Shown: positions 27,237 to 36,447, counted from the first letter of the stretch. The stretch is DNA of 64,000 bases from Alphaproteobacteria bacterium (GCA_041690975.1 JBEPVO010000001.1:811-64810), one strand, 5' to 3'. Translations and numbers: made by a program. Notes: generated by a model not told the origin, from the sequence alone.

Positions 27237-29143
27237 CCGCCGCCGCCGCGGGGGGCGACGGACCGCCGCGGGCGCGGCTTACCTTTCGTGTCGGCATTGT
27301 CGGTCACCGGCCCGACCGGCTGCCGAATGACGAAATTCTTCTCAAAGACCTTCACGAAACCTTGAATGCGATCCTGCAGGACGTACGCGATACGAGCCTC
27401 GCGGTCTCGAAAGAGGAGGTTGCCGCTTATTACTCTGCCCAGGCGCCCATATTGCGGGCCATATCTCCTCTAGCCGAGGGTTCGGATCGTATCTTCGCCG
27501 AGGAAGCGCTGGCGCTGGGATACGAACTCTGCTGTCCGCTGCCGTTTCTGCGGGAGGAATTTGAAAAAGATTTTGCGGAGCCTGGCGCCCTTGAAGCGGA
27601 TTCATTGAGGCGTTTCCAAAACCTTCTGCAACAGGCCCGCGCTGGAGCGGGATTGACGGTCTTTGAGATGGATGGCGACCGGGCCCAGGCGCCGGATGCC
27701 TATGGCGCGGCGGGGCGGATCGTCCTTAACCAGACAGACCTTCTGGTGGTGGTCTGGGACGGCGGCGAAGCCAAGGGGCACGGCGGAACGGTACATACCT
27801 TGCACGAAGCGCTTCGCTTTCACGTCCCGGTGATCTGGGTGGAGGCGATGAAGCCCGCAATGTGGCATCTGCTGCACACCCATGCGGATTTGACCGCCGC
27901 GCAAAGCCGTTCCGCGCAGCCGCCGCGGGATCGACAGAAACTTTCAGATGCCGTCGCCAGTGTGGTGCATGCGGAGCTGCGCCTTCCCTCTCATGCGACG
28001 AACGAAATAGAGTCGCATGCGCCGGGTTATTTTGCGGAACGCCGGCCCAAGCATAATTTCGGCATCGTCTGGAAACTGTTCCGCAACATCGTGACCGACG
28101 GAAAATGGGCCATCCCCAGTACGTCCATTGCGGATTTCGCGGCCGAAATTCGCAAGGAATGGTCGGTTGCCGCTGATGGGGGGGCGGTCCCTTCGGCCGT
28201 GGCGGACTGGACCAACAGCCGGTTGCGCGTCGGTTTCGCCTGGGCTGACGGATTGGCGAATTTTTATGGCGATGCGCACCGCAGCGCCTTCATCGTTTCT
28301 TATCTCGCCGCCGCCGCCGCGGTGCTGGCCGCTTTGCTGCCGATGGCGGTAACGGAGGAGACCTGGTTTGAAGTCGTCTGTGCCGGCATCGAGCTGGGCG
28401 CGCTTTTTATTATTCTGCGTTTGATGCGCCTGGGCCGCATCCGGCAATGGCATGAACGCTGGACAGACTACCGCCTGCTGGCCGAGCTGATCCGGGAGCT
28501 GCGGTTTCTTGTTCCCCTGGGCGGGGGCAAGCCCTTGCCCCGCATTCCCGCACATCTGGCAGTCTATGGTGATCCGGCGCGGACCTGGATGTACTGGTAT
28601 GTGCGTGCTGTCGCGCGCGAGATCGGCATTCCGGCGGCCCGGGTGACGACCGATTATATGCGCGACTGTGTCGATTTCCTGGACCATGTGGTGGGCGATC
28701 GTGAGAGCGGTCAGCAGGGTTTTCATCTCGCGGCGGAGCGGCGTGCCCGCATGTTGGGCACACGGCTGCGCGATTGGGCGAGGAGCCTTTTCTGGCTCAC
28801 CGTCTTTGGCGTAGTCCTGCGGCTAACGCTGGGCTCCTTGCACAGGTTTGGCGGCGTCTATATCCCCGGCGCCGACGAAGTTCTGTTGCTGGCGTCCGCC
28901 GTCCTGCCGGCATTCGGCGCTGCGTTCGAGGGCATCAACAACCAGGGTGAATTCATCCGCATTTCCAAGCGCTCCGCCGCGATGGCCAGCGGGTTCGAGA
29001 AATTCGCCGACCGCATTGCGCTGATGAAAAAGGGCGTGCCACCACGCCTGGCCGAAGCCATTCCCCTGTCCGCCAGCATCGCCGAAGCGATGGTTGCGGA
29101 GGTGGTGGATTGGCGCGCCGTGTTCATCGACAGGCCGCAATAG
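27233..29143 (+). CDS. SLOG-domain protein fused to two SLATT/DUF4231-like 2TM modules
   Basis: TTG start overlapping the upstream TGA, with AGGAG RBS; SLOG motifs VGIVGHR, SPLAEGSDRIFA, CPLPF, DLLVVVWDG...GGT; four TM helices with WHERWTDYRLLAELIR and terminal EVVDW. Confidence 0.8.
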   Translation: MTAAAAGGDGPPRARLTFRVGIVGHRPDRLPNDEILLKDLHETLNAILQDVRDTSLAVSKEEVAAYYSAQAPILRAISPLAEGSDRIFAEEALALGYELCCPLPFLREEFEKDFAEPGALEADSLRRFQNLLQQARAGAGLTVFEMDGDRAQAPDAYGAAGRIVLNQTDLLVVVWDGGEAKGHGGTVHTLHEALRFHVPVIWVEAMKPAMWHLLHTHADLTAAQSRSAQPPRDRQKLSDAVASVVHAELRLPSHATNEIESHAPGYFAERRPKHNFGIVWKLFRNIVTDGKWAIPSTSIADFAAEIRKEWSVAADGGAVPSAVADWTNSRLRVGFAWADGLANFYGDAHRSAFIVSYLAAAAAVLAALLPMAVTEETWFEVVCAGIELGALFIILRLMRLGRIRQWHERWTDYRLLAELIRELRFLVPLGGGKPLPRIPAHLAVYGDPARTWMYWYVRAVAREIGIPAARVTTDYMRDCVDFLDHVVGDRESGQQGFHLAAERRARMLGTRLRDWARSLFWLTVFGVVLRLTLGSLHRFGGVYIPGADEVLLLASAVLPAFGAAFEGINNQGEFIRISKRSAAMASGFEKFADRIALMKKGVPPRLAEAIPLSASIAEAMVAEVVDWRAVFIDRPQ

Positions 29144-29221
29144 GCGCGGCGGCCGGATTCCTGTTGGGAACATCAAATTGGGGCGCCACAAAAGGTCAAT
29201 CCATGCGGGCGGCGAGTCCGG

Positions 29222-29776
29222 TCAACCCGCCAGCAGCACAACCTGCGCAGCCATTTCCCCTTTGGGGCCCTGACCGATCCGCACCCGGACTTTCTGCCCT
29301 TCGCGCAATTCGCCGATTTCGCAGCGCCGCAAGGTTTCCATATGGACGAACACGTCCGGCGTGCCAGCGCCGCGCGAGATGAAACCATAGCCCTTGGACC
29401 GGTTGAACCATTTGACCACGCCGTCAAAGGCGGGCCCGGTCGGCTCTGCCACATAGCGGGGCACCTGATCCTGGGTCACTGGCATGGCTCGGGCGGTCGA
29501 ATTGTCGACTGAGATCAACTTGGTCGCCTGCAAGCCGCGCGTTCCCATGATGGTCTCGCAAACGACGGTCGCCCCTTCCTGGACGGTACGAAACCCCGAT
29601 TGCCGCACGCAAACCTGGTGCAGCAGGATATCGTCGGCTTTCTCGGCCGAGGTGATGAAGCCATAGCCCTTGATAAAGTCGAACCACTTCACCTGACCGG
29701 CGACCCGGGCAGAATTGATCTCACCCACCCGGTGTCCCGGCGGCGGATTTTCCCTGATTACCGAATGCTGATGCAC
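29222..29776 (-). CDS. Tandem (two-domain) cold-shock protein
   Basis: Two CSDs: [20 protein letters not shown] and [20 protein letters not shown]. Confidence 0.92.
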   Translation of the reverse strand: MHQHSVIRENPPPGHRVGEINSARVAGQVKWFDFIKGYGFITSAEKADDILLHQVCVRQSGFRTVQEGATVVCETIMGTRGLQATKLISVDNSTARAMPVTQDQVPRYVAEPTGPAFDGVVKWFNRSKGYGFISRGAGTPDVFVHMETLRRCEIGELREGQKVRVRIGQGPKGEMAAQVVLLAG

Positions 29777-29893
29777 CTTGATCCTGCCCCCCGGGGTTGC
29801 CGGGTCCGTCTGGCCGTTTTTTCAACTAAGCGGCCATAAATCAGGAGGTTAGGGGTTAGCGTGGATTCTGTCTGTTCTTCGGATTGGAAAGGG

Positions 29894-29913
29894 GCGTTCC
29901 AAATACGGAACGC
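29894..29913. promoter_or_regulatory. Perfect inverted repeat GCGTTCC-N6-GGAACGC, putative LysR box (contains T-N11-A)
   Basis: Seen directly upstream of the condensation-domain gene; the GTTC-N8-GAAC core recurs at 32471-32486. Confidence 0.55.
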
Positions 29914-29973
29914 GGCTCTTGGCCCGTAGCCGCTATCTACAAGAGGGTCGAAGGGTCATCGAAAGGCGTAGAA

Positions 29974-31431
29974 ATGGAAGATGGTCCCCAACCGGGCGTG
30001 AAGGAAGGCCGGCAACCAGTCCACGATCGGTCCGGTCCGCCCGCCAAACTGCATCCATCTTCCGCCCCAGAGCCTGCGATCCAAAACCAAGCCAGAGACG
30101 TGCTCGGTCTGAATGGGCTGGATGCGGCGCCGCCTGCGCTTCCACCCCGCGCCGAACAACTCTGGCGCCTGGACGGCTTCGCTGCCGATGTGCCCTTCAC
30201 CAACGCCATGTTCGTTCCCATGGGGCAGGATGCGGATATCAGGCTGCTGTACGAAGCCGTCGCGACCGTCGTGAAGCGGCACGAGGCCTTGCGCACCCGT
30301 CTGGCCGTGCGGCGCGGCCGGGCGATCCAGATCGCCGAGGAGTGGAAGACAAAGCGCCTGGAGGTGACGGACGTTCTGCAGAGCGAGCTTGCAGATGTCC
30401 GTCCAGGTCAGAATTCCGCCGTCAGCGCCTTCACCCAAGGCACGCTGGACCTCTATGCGCAGGACGGATTCCGCTGCCACGCCTTCCGGGATGAAAATCG
30501 CAATGTGAGTTTGGGTTTCCTAGCCCATGGCTTCTTTGCCGATGCCTGGTCTTCTCAAATATTATTCCAGGAAATCCGCGCCGCGCGTGATGCCATCAAA
30601 AGTGGAACCACTGCGGCCTTCAAGCCGGTCCTGTCCTATGCCCAGTATGGGCTGGCGCAGCGGCAGTCGCTTGATCGCGATCTGTCTTCTCACTTGGCTT
30701 TTTGGCACGGCAAACTGAAGGACATGCCGTCTTCCCGGCTGCCCTATGACCGAGATGCAGACACGGGACGAAGAGGGCGGTCTTTTTTTTTCGTGGATCA
30801 GCAGATCGTGGCGCGCTTGGCCGCCGCCGCACAGGAGAGCAGGGTATCCCTGACGATCCTGTTGCTGGCCGCCTATCAATTGGCGCTGGCACGATGGAGC
30901 GGGCAGTTGGAAATCCTTTCGGCAGCCTATACGGCGGACAGGGTGAATCCCCAATTCCAAAACACCGTTGGATTCCTGGTCGCCAATATGCCGGTCTGCG
31001 CCCGGATCGACCGGAACGCGTCCTTCAAGTCTTTCCTTCTGGATTTCGCCAAGGATTATTATGGCGGCTATGCGCACCGCGAATTGTCGTGCGAGCTCTA
31101 TGAAGCGATTTACGCACCGGAAAAGCCATTTTGCGCCACGGTGTTCAACTTTATTCCGCTTCAAAAGAATTTTTCGGCTGGCGAGCTCTATTCCATACCG
31201 TCGTTCGACGGCATCCTGACGGCGCCCGATGCGGCGAAGCCCTCGATCTACCGGGATGTCTATCTGGGCCTGTCGCAACATTCGAACGGCATGCTTGGAA
31301 AAGTCTTTTACAATGCCGGCCGTTTCACGCCCCAGACCATGGAAAATTTCATCCGGCATTTCAATGGCGTGGTTGAAGGCATTGCTGCCGATCCGGACGC
31401 GAGGCTTGCAAGATTAATAGGCCCAGCCTGA
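29974..31431 (+). CDS. Stand-alone NRPS condensation-domain protein with variant active site (HGFFADA)
   Basis: VVKRHEALRTR, AHGFFADAWS, LSYAQYGLAQR, FWHGKL..LPYD, LLLAAYQLALARWSGQ, VGFLVANMPV; start uncertain (29884 or 29974). Confidence 0.8.
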   Translation: MEDGPQPGVKEGRQPVHDRSGPPAKLHPSSAPEPAIQNQARDVLGLNGLDAAPPALPPRAEQLWRLDGFAADVPFTNAMFVPMGQDADIRLLYEAVATVVKRHEALRTRLAVRRGRAIQIAEEWKTKRLEVTDVLQSELADVRPGQNSAVSAFTQGTLDLYAQDGFRCHAFRDENRNVSLGFLAHGFFADAWSSQILFQEIRAARDAIKSGTTAAFKPVLSYAQYGLAQRQSLDRDLSSHLAFWHGKLKDMPSSRLPYDRDADTGRRGRSFFFVDQQIVARLAAAAQESRVSLTILLLAAYQLALARWSGQLEILSAAYTADRVNPQFQNTVGFLVANMPVCARIDRNASFKSFLLDFAKDYYGGYAHRELSCELYEAIYAPEKPFCATVFNFIPLQKNFSAGELYSIPSFDGILTAPDAAKPSIYRDVYLGLSQHSNGMLGKVFYNAGRFTPQTMENFIRHFNGVVEGIAADPDARLARLIGPA

Positions 31432-31466
31432 TGGCGACGTGCTGGACGCCTGACGACATCGGACCG

Positions 31467-32510
31467 TTATTTTCCCAGATATCCCGCAAATAAATTCGCC
31501 AGAGGCTCTCCCTTATAGAACTCGGAAAGCTTCTCGGGATGAATGAATTCGTCGCGGAACCAGGGGAAGCGTTGCGGATCGAAAGATTGGATGATCCACT
31601 CGATCGTGCGCTTGACGCGCGGGATGCGCTTGGCATCGGGATGATAGGTCATCCAGATATCGATCGGATGCACCACACCCATGTCCAGCGGAACGAGCTC
31701 GGCGCCGATCGCCTGGGCATAAGTGGGCAGCATGCCAACGCCGGCCCCTTTGGCGATGGACCAATAATGTGCGCTGGCGAAATTGGTCCGCAGCGACACG
31801 AAACCGATCGGCGAGACGCCCGGGAACAGCTTGTCGTACAGTTCCTGCGAGCGCTTATGGTCGTCGGATTGGATGACCAATCGGTGGTTTTGCAGATTGG
31901 CGACGGATTTGGGGTCGCCATAGGTGTCGACATAGGATTTGGAGCCGAAAAACATCAAATGAAGGCGGCCGAGTTTGGCCATCCGCAGGTCGGGTGCCAC
32001 GGGCCGTTCCAGCTGAATGGAAACATCCGCTTCCAGCCGCAAGACGTCCGCCGACTTCATCGCGCAATTGAGATTGATCATCAGGCGGGGGTTGGCGCGT
32101 TGAAATTCCACCAGGCGTGGCGCCAGCCAGAAGGTACCCAGGCCTTCAGTCACGGCCAGCCGGACCTCTCCTTCCACGTCCTTCTTCGTAGAATTTCGGG
32201 CCTGGAGAAGGTCGAAGGACGCCGCCTCCATCCGTAACGCTGCACTGTGGATCTTGTCGCCTTCGGCGGTCGCCCTGACACCATCGACATGACGGGTAAG
32301 GAGAATGACCCCCAGCGTGTGCTCGAGCTCATCGACTTTGCGCCGCAGTGCATTGATCGATTGGCCCAACCTGTCCGAAGCGGCGCGAAAACTTCCGCTG
32401 CGCAGCACTTCGAGAAAAATACGAACCGTTTCCCAGTCGGGTACCCGCCTGGGTTTCACGTGCATGGCATGTTCACCTTGAGGAACACCCTGTTCCTCCA
32501 ATGGCTGCAT
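31467..32510 (-). CDS. LysR-family transcriptional regulator
   Basis: DWETVRIFLEVLRSGSFRAASDRLGQSINALRRKVDELE HTH; GEVRLAVTEG; GAGVGMLP. The longer ORF-track start overlaps the divergent GNAT. Confidence 0.92.
   Translation of the reverse strand: MQPLEEQGVPQGEHAMHVKPRRVPDWETVRIFLEVLRSGSFRAASDRLGQSINALRRKVDELEHTLGVILLTRHVDGVRATAEGDKIHSAALRMEAASFDLLQARNSTKKDVEGEVRLAVTEGLGTFWLAPRLVEFQRANPRLMINLNCAMKSADVLRLEADVSIQLERPVAPDLRMAKLGRLHLMFFGSKSYVDTYGDPKSVANLQNHRLVIQSDDHKRSQELYDKLFPGVSPIGFVSLRTNFASAHYWSIAKGAGVGMLPTYAQAIGAELVPLDMGVVHPIDIWMTYHPDAKRIPRVKRTIEWIIQSFDPQRFPWFRDEFIHPEKLSEFYKGEPLANLFAGYLGK
32470..32498. promoter_or_regulatory. Putative LysR box TGTTC-N8-GAACA overlapping hairpin GAGGAACA-CCC-TGTTCCTC
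   Basis: Seen at the LysR/GNAT divergence point; matches the 29894-29913 motif. Confidence 0.5.
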
Positions 32511-32592
32511 ACGCGTGTTGACGATCAAGAAACAATCACTCCTGTTATTCCGAAAAACCACTTTACCACGGCTATTTGAGCTCGAGGCAAAC

Positions 32593-33822
32593 ATGACAGA
32601 ACACCCGCTACGATTGGTTCGCGAAAACCCCCAGACAGTCAAGTCGGAAAAGGCCAAACACGACCTTGGAGGACTGGATTCTGCCAAATATGCCAAGCGG
32701 TTGGTGTTGTTCCGGGCAGACCCTTCGATGCTGGACCATTTGCTCGACCTAGCGCGGCCCCATATCCCCGGCATGGCGGACAGCGAGACCGTCCGGAAAG
32801 TTCTGATGCACAACCCGGACTGCGTCTGGGTTGTATCGCGCAGGCAGGGATTCAATCCGTCAGCTCCAGACGGCGAGGGGTTTATCGCGATGCTCCCGCT
32901 GAACGCCAAAGGCTTGCATCGGTTGGCGATCAAATCCTTCAATGGCGCGGATCCGGACCTCGCCTTGATTGCGCGGCCCGGTGAGCGGCCTGCTGGTCTC
33001 TATATGTGGGCGACTTACGCGCCCGGAATTCTGGCGGGCGGCATCAGCTTGTTCATGAATGAAGTCGCGTCGGCGCCCTATGATGGCGTAAATCTCTATT
33101 CCCGCCCCAACACGCCAGAAGGTATTCGGTATAACGAGGCATTGGGCCTGCGCAAAAGCCCCACGATAGGGGCGATTGTTGCGCCGCACCTCTATGAATT
33201 TGTCCGGGCGCCGAAGCGGCCGCCGCTTTATGATAGCTATCGCGGCGACGCCAATCCGGGCCTGACCGTATCGGTGGCGCGGTCTTTCGACGATCTCATG
33301 CGGATCGTCAGCATTCGCAGCGCCGTCTATATCGGCGAGCAGGAATGCCCCTATGACGAGGAATTCGATGGCAATGATGCGTCGTCCGCGCACCTGATCG
33401 GATATATCGGGCGCGAGCCGGCGGGCTGCATTCGCGTTCGCTATTTCGCCGACTTCGCGAAAATTGAGCGGCTTGCCGTGCGCAAGGAATATCGGACGAC
33501 GCGACTTTCGTTTCAACTGGTCAAGGCCGCCATCGAACTTTGCCAGATGAAGGGGTATCGGCACCTCTACGGGCATGCGCAAAGGCGTTTGGTCAATTTC
33601 TGGAGCCGCTTTGGCTTCCACGAATTTGAAGGTGGCCGCGCTCTGGTGTTTTCCGATTTCGACTATGTTGAAATGGTTGCGGACATTCAGCCGCATCCCG
33701 ATGCCGTGCGCATCGGCGGGGACCCTTACAAAGTGATCAGGCCTGAAGGCCGGTGGCATCGCCCAGGCATCCTCGAACAATCCGCGGCACGTGACGTCAC
33801 CAGGCCTTCCATCGAGGGATAG
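32593..33822 (+). CDS. Two-domain GNAT-family N-acyltransferase (paralog of 13145-14401)
   Basis: IRSAVYIGEQECPYDEEFDGND, AKIERLAVRKEYR, FWSRFGF; colinear with the paralog over its full length; RBS GAGG before ATG 32593. Confidence 0.82.
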   Translation: MTEHPLRLVRENPQTVKSEKAKHDLGGLDSAKYAKRLVLFRADPSMLDHLLDLARPHIPGMADSETVRKVLMHNPDCVWVVSRRQGFNPSAPDGEGFIAMLPLNAKGLHRLAIKSFNGADPDLALIARPGERPAGLYMWATYAPGILAGGISLFMNEVASAPYDGVNLYSRPNTPEGIRYNEALGLRKSPTIGAIVAPHLYEFVRAPKRPPLYDSYRGDANPGLTVSVARSFDDLMRIVSIRSAVYIGEQECPYDEEFDGNDASSAHLIGYIGREPAGCIRVRYFADFAKIERLAVRKEYRTTRLSFQLVKAAIELCQMKGYRHLYGHAQRRLVNFWSRFGFHEFEGGRALVFSDFDYVEMVADIQPHPDAVRIGGDPYKVIRPEGRWHRPGILEQSAARDVTRPSIEG

Positions 33823-33828
33823 TACCAA

Positions 33829-34404
33829 GTGTCAGTTATTCATTTCCTGAATCATAAAAAGCAGGTTGAACAACCCGTTCTTGTCCTGGCCGGCCTGCAT
33901 CAATCGGGCCGACCGGGGCACGAATACCATTCGCTTGGAAGTGTGCTCAGGAATTGCGAGATCCTGCTGGCATCGGCGCGGTCCGCCCGTTTGCCCGTCG
34001 CGTTCGTTCGGCGTGTGGCGCCGGTTCAGTCCATTTCGGAGCCGCAGGACTATCCGGCGTGGCTGAAGGGATTTGAACCCACGCGCAACGACATGGTTTT
34101 CGATGTGACGAAAGTGTCCTGCTATTCGAATATCGAATTCGCACAGGCGATGGAATATTCCAACGGTCACTTTGCGATTGCGGGGCTCCTGGGAGAGACA
34201 ACCTGCCTTGCCACCGGAATTGACGCATATCACCGGCATCACAGATTCACTTATCTTTCCGATGCCTCGGCCTGCCAGAACAACGGAGCGATTCCGGCCT
34301 CGATGTTCCATGAAGCAGTGTCCCAGGTGATGTCGATATACGGTGTCGTAATGGAGAGTGCGCAATGGGGCCGATCTCTTATGCAGCATCGGAGCGCGTG
34401 GTGA
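33829..34404 (+). CDS. Isochorismatase/cysteine hydrolase-family protein (degenerate)
   Basis: LLASARSARLPVAFV, FEPTRNDMVF..SCYSN, IAGLLGETTCLATGIDAYHR..LSDASA. Confidence 0.7.
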   Translation: MSVIHFLNHKKQVEQPVLVLAGLHQSGRPGHEYHSLGSVLRNCEILLASARSARLPVAFVRRVAPVQSISEPQDYPAWLKGFEPTRNDMVFDVTKVSCYSNIEFAQAMEYSNGHFAIAGLLGETTCLATGIDAYHRHHRFTYLSDASACQNNGAIPASMFHEAVSQVMSIYGVVMESAQWGRSLMQHRSAW

Positions 34405-34566
34405 TCGAATTGCATCCAACCGATTCGCTGCAATATTTCCTGACATCGCTTGCATTGCGCGCGCGTTGGGCAATTTTGGGTATCGGGACGGGACGGTTGT
34501 TGCATGTGAAGGAAAGCCCGGAAACGAAGGTCCGACCGCCGCGAAAAGTATAATCGGGGAAATGAC

Positions 34567-34824
34567 ATGAAAAAACTGTCCGTGCAGAATTACGTTATCG
34601 ACCTGTTCGCGGCGAGTTTCCCCGGGTGGCAAGCTGCCATCACGCGGGATACGGATTTGGTGACCGATCTCGATGCCGATTCCATGACGATGGTATCGCT
34701 GATCTTTTCGATCAACGATAAATTCGGCGTCGGTACCGATCAGCTGGGTGATCTTCTCCTGAATTGCCGCACCGTGGGCGATCTGGTTTCAGCCACTGAG
34801 CGGTTGCAGCGGGAATGCGTCTGA
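34567..34824 (+). CDS. Acyl carrier protein
   Basis: 85 aa, acidic; DLVTDLDADSMTMV phosphopantetheine-Ser motif; TVGDLV. Confidence 0.85.
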   Translation: MKKLSVQNYVIDLFAASFPGWQAAITRDTDLVTDLDADSMTMVSLIFSINDKFGVGTDQLGDLLLNCRTVGDLVSATERLQRECV

Positions 34825-34870
34825 TCTGCGTTCCGCCATACGTCATGCAAGCGACAGATAGTAAGCGGCC

Positions 34871-36433
34871 ATGAAATTCGATCACCTGGTTCCCAGTCTC
34901 TCGGCCCGGAAAGGCGCGATTATCACGCTTTTTCAGGGAAAGCCGGTTCGGCACGGTTACGCGGCGCTGGCCGATGACGTCGCCCGGGCCCGGGCGCTAC
35001 TGACCCGCTGGAATGTGAAGGCGGGAATGCGCGTGGGCATTTTCGCTCCCAATTCCTATGCGTACATCGTGTACGATCTGGCGCTGGTAGATCTGCGGGC
35101 CATTTCAGTGCCGTTCACCGCCGATTTTGCAAGCATGTTGAACCGCGAGCTTGTCGATAAATACGATATCTCGCTTATGCTGCTCGCCAAGGGCGTGCGG
35201 CATGGTTTCAATGATGGCGATGCCTTCGTGGCGCTGATCGATAGCGACAATGAAAATGTTTGCGCACTTCCCCGCATCTCTTATTCGCATGACGATCCGG
35301 ACGATCTTTGCCTGGCCTTTTCCTCGGGCTCGGCAGGCGGTCTGAAGGGATTGGTCATAAGCCGCAAAGGTGCGGAGCTGACCTTGCCGCCGGTGGCGGA
35401 AATCATAAACCTCGGCCACCAGGATCGACTCCTACTGTTTTTGCCGATGTCCAATTTCCAGCAGCGGAACATGTATTATGCTGCGATCTGGTACGATTTC
35501 GATATCATCGTGACGGAGTATACCCAACTTTATCCCGCCATGAAGCTGCTCCAGCCGACCGTTCTCATCGCCCCCCCGATTCTATATCAACTCCTTCACA
35601 CCCGCTTTTCCGCACCGGGATGGAAGGGGTGGCGTCAGGCGCTGGCCGGTGGTTTTGCATCGCTCCCGTTGGGTCGGGCGCTGCGCCAGAAAATCGCACG
35701 ATTTGCCTTCAAGGAAGTGCACGCGATTTTTGGCGGCAAGATGCGATTGTTGATTTCGGGAATGGCACCCCTGAGCCGCAGCACCATCCAATTTTTCGAG
35801 CGTATGCAATTGCCACTGTGCGAATCCTATGGTCTGGCAGAAGCGGGGTCGCTGACCTACCGGCCCGGCTTTTCGACGAAGTATGGCTCGGTGGGAAAGC
35901 CACTCGCTGGGTTGAGAATTTCATTCGAGCCGGATGGCGAGATCATTGTCCATCGTGAGAGGTTTCTCACCCGCAAATACTTCCAATGTGTGCCCGGCGA
36001 GAATGAGGGCACCTTTCTCGGCGCCGGACGGATAGCGACCGGCGATATCGGGAGGTTCGACGCTGATGGTTATCTTTATCTGCTGGGCCGGAAGAAGGAA
36101 CTGATCGTGACGCCCGGCGGATACAAGGTCCACCCTGAGATGCTGGAGGGCGAGTTGAATGCTTGTGAGGATATTGTCCAATCGGTCGTCTTCCAGAAGC
36201 CCGGATTTTCTCATCTGACATGCGTAGTTGTTACGGATCAGGATCGTTCCGAAACTGCCGTGCAGCGCATCCGCAAATATGTGGACGAAGCGATGGCCGG
36301 GAAAAAGATCCGGATCGGCGAGATCACCCTGGCGGAGGAGCCTTTTTCCAAGGAAAACGGAATGCTGCGCCCCAATCTGAAATTGAACAGGAAGGGCATC
36401 GCTGCCAAATACATGATGACGTCTTCGGTGTGA
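34871..36433 (+). CDS. AMP-dependent long-chain acyl-CoA/acyl-ACP ligase
   Basis: FSSGSAGGLKG P-loop, YGLAE, GSVGKPL, ATGDIG, GRKKELI, LRPNLKLNR. Confidence 0.88.
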   Translation: MKFDHLVPSLSARKGAIITLFQGKPVRHGYAALADDVARARALLTRWNVKAGMRVGIFAPNSYAYIVYDLALVDLRAISVPFTADFASMLNRELVDKYDISLMLLAKGVRHGFNDGDAFVALIDSDNENVCALPRISYSHDDPDDLCLAFSSGSAGGLKGLVISRKGAELTLPPVAEIINLGHQDRLLLFLPMSNFQQRNMYYAAIWYDFDIIVTEYTQLYPAMKLLQPTVLIAPPILYQLLHTRFSAPGWKGWRQALAGGFASLPLGRALRQKIARFAFKEVHAIFGGKMRLLISGMAPLSRSTIQFFERMQLPLCESYGLAEAGSLTYRPGFSTKYGSVGKPLAGLRISFEPDGEIIVHRERFLTRKYFQCVPGENEGTFLGAGRIATGDIGRFDADGYLYLLGRKKELIVTPGGYKVHPEMLEGELNACEDIVQSVVFQKPGFSHLTCVVVTDQDRSETAVQRIRKYVDEAMAGKKIRIGEITLAEEPFSKENGMLRPNLKLNRKGIAAKYMMTSSV

Positions 36434-36447
36434 GGTTTGCGCGGAAC

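Noticed and set aside
32511-32942. LysR ORF extension overlapping the GNAT gene head-to-head
   Set aside because: The LysR HTH begins near the 32510 start; the extension is the antisense of the GNAT coding sequence.
34828-34850. Third copy of the LysR box (GCGTTCCGCCATACGTCATGC) before the acyl ligase
   Set aside because: Only the left half-site matches.
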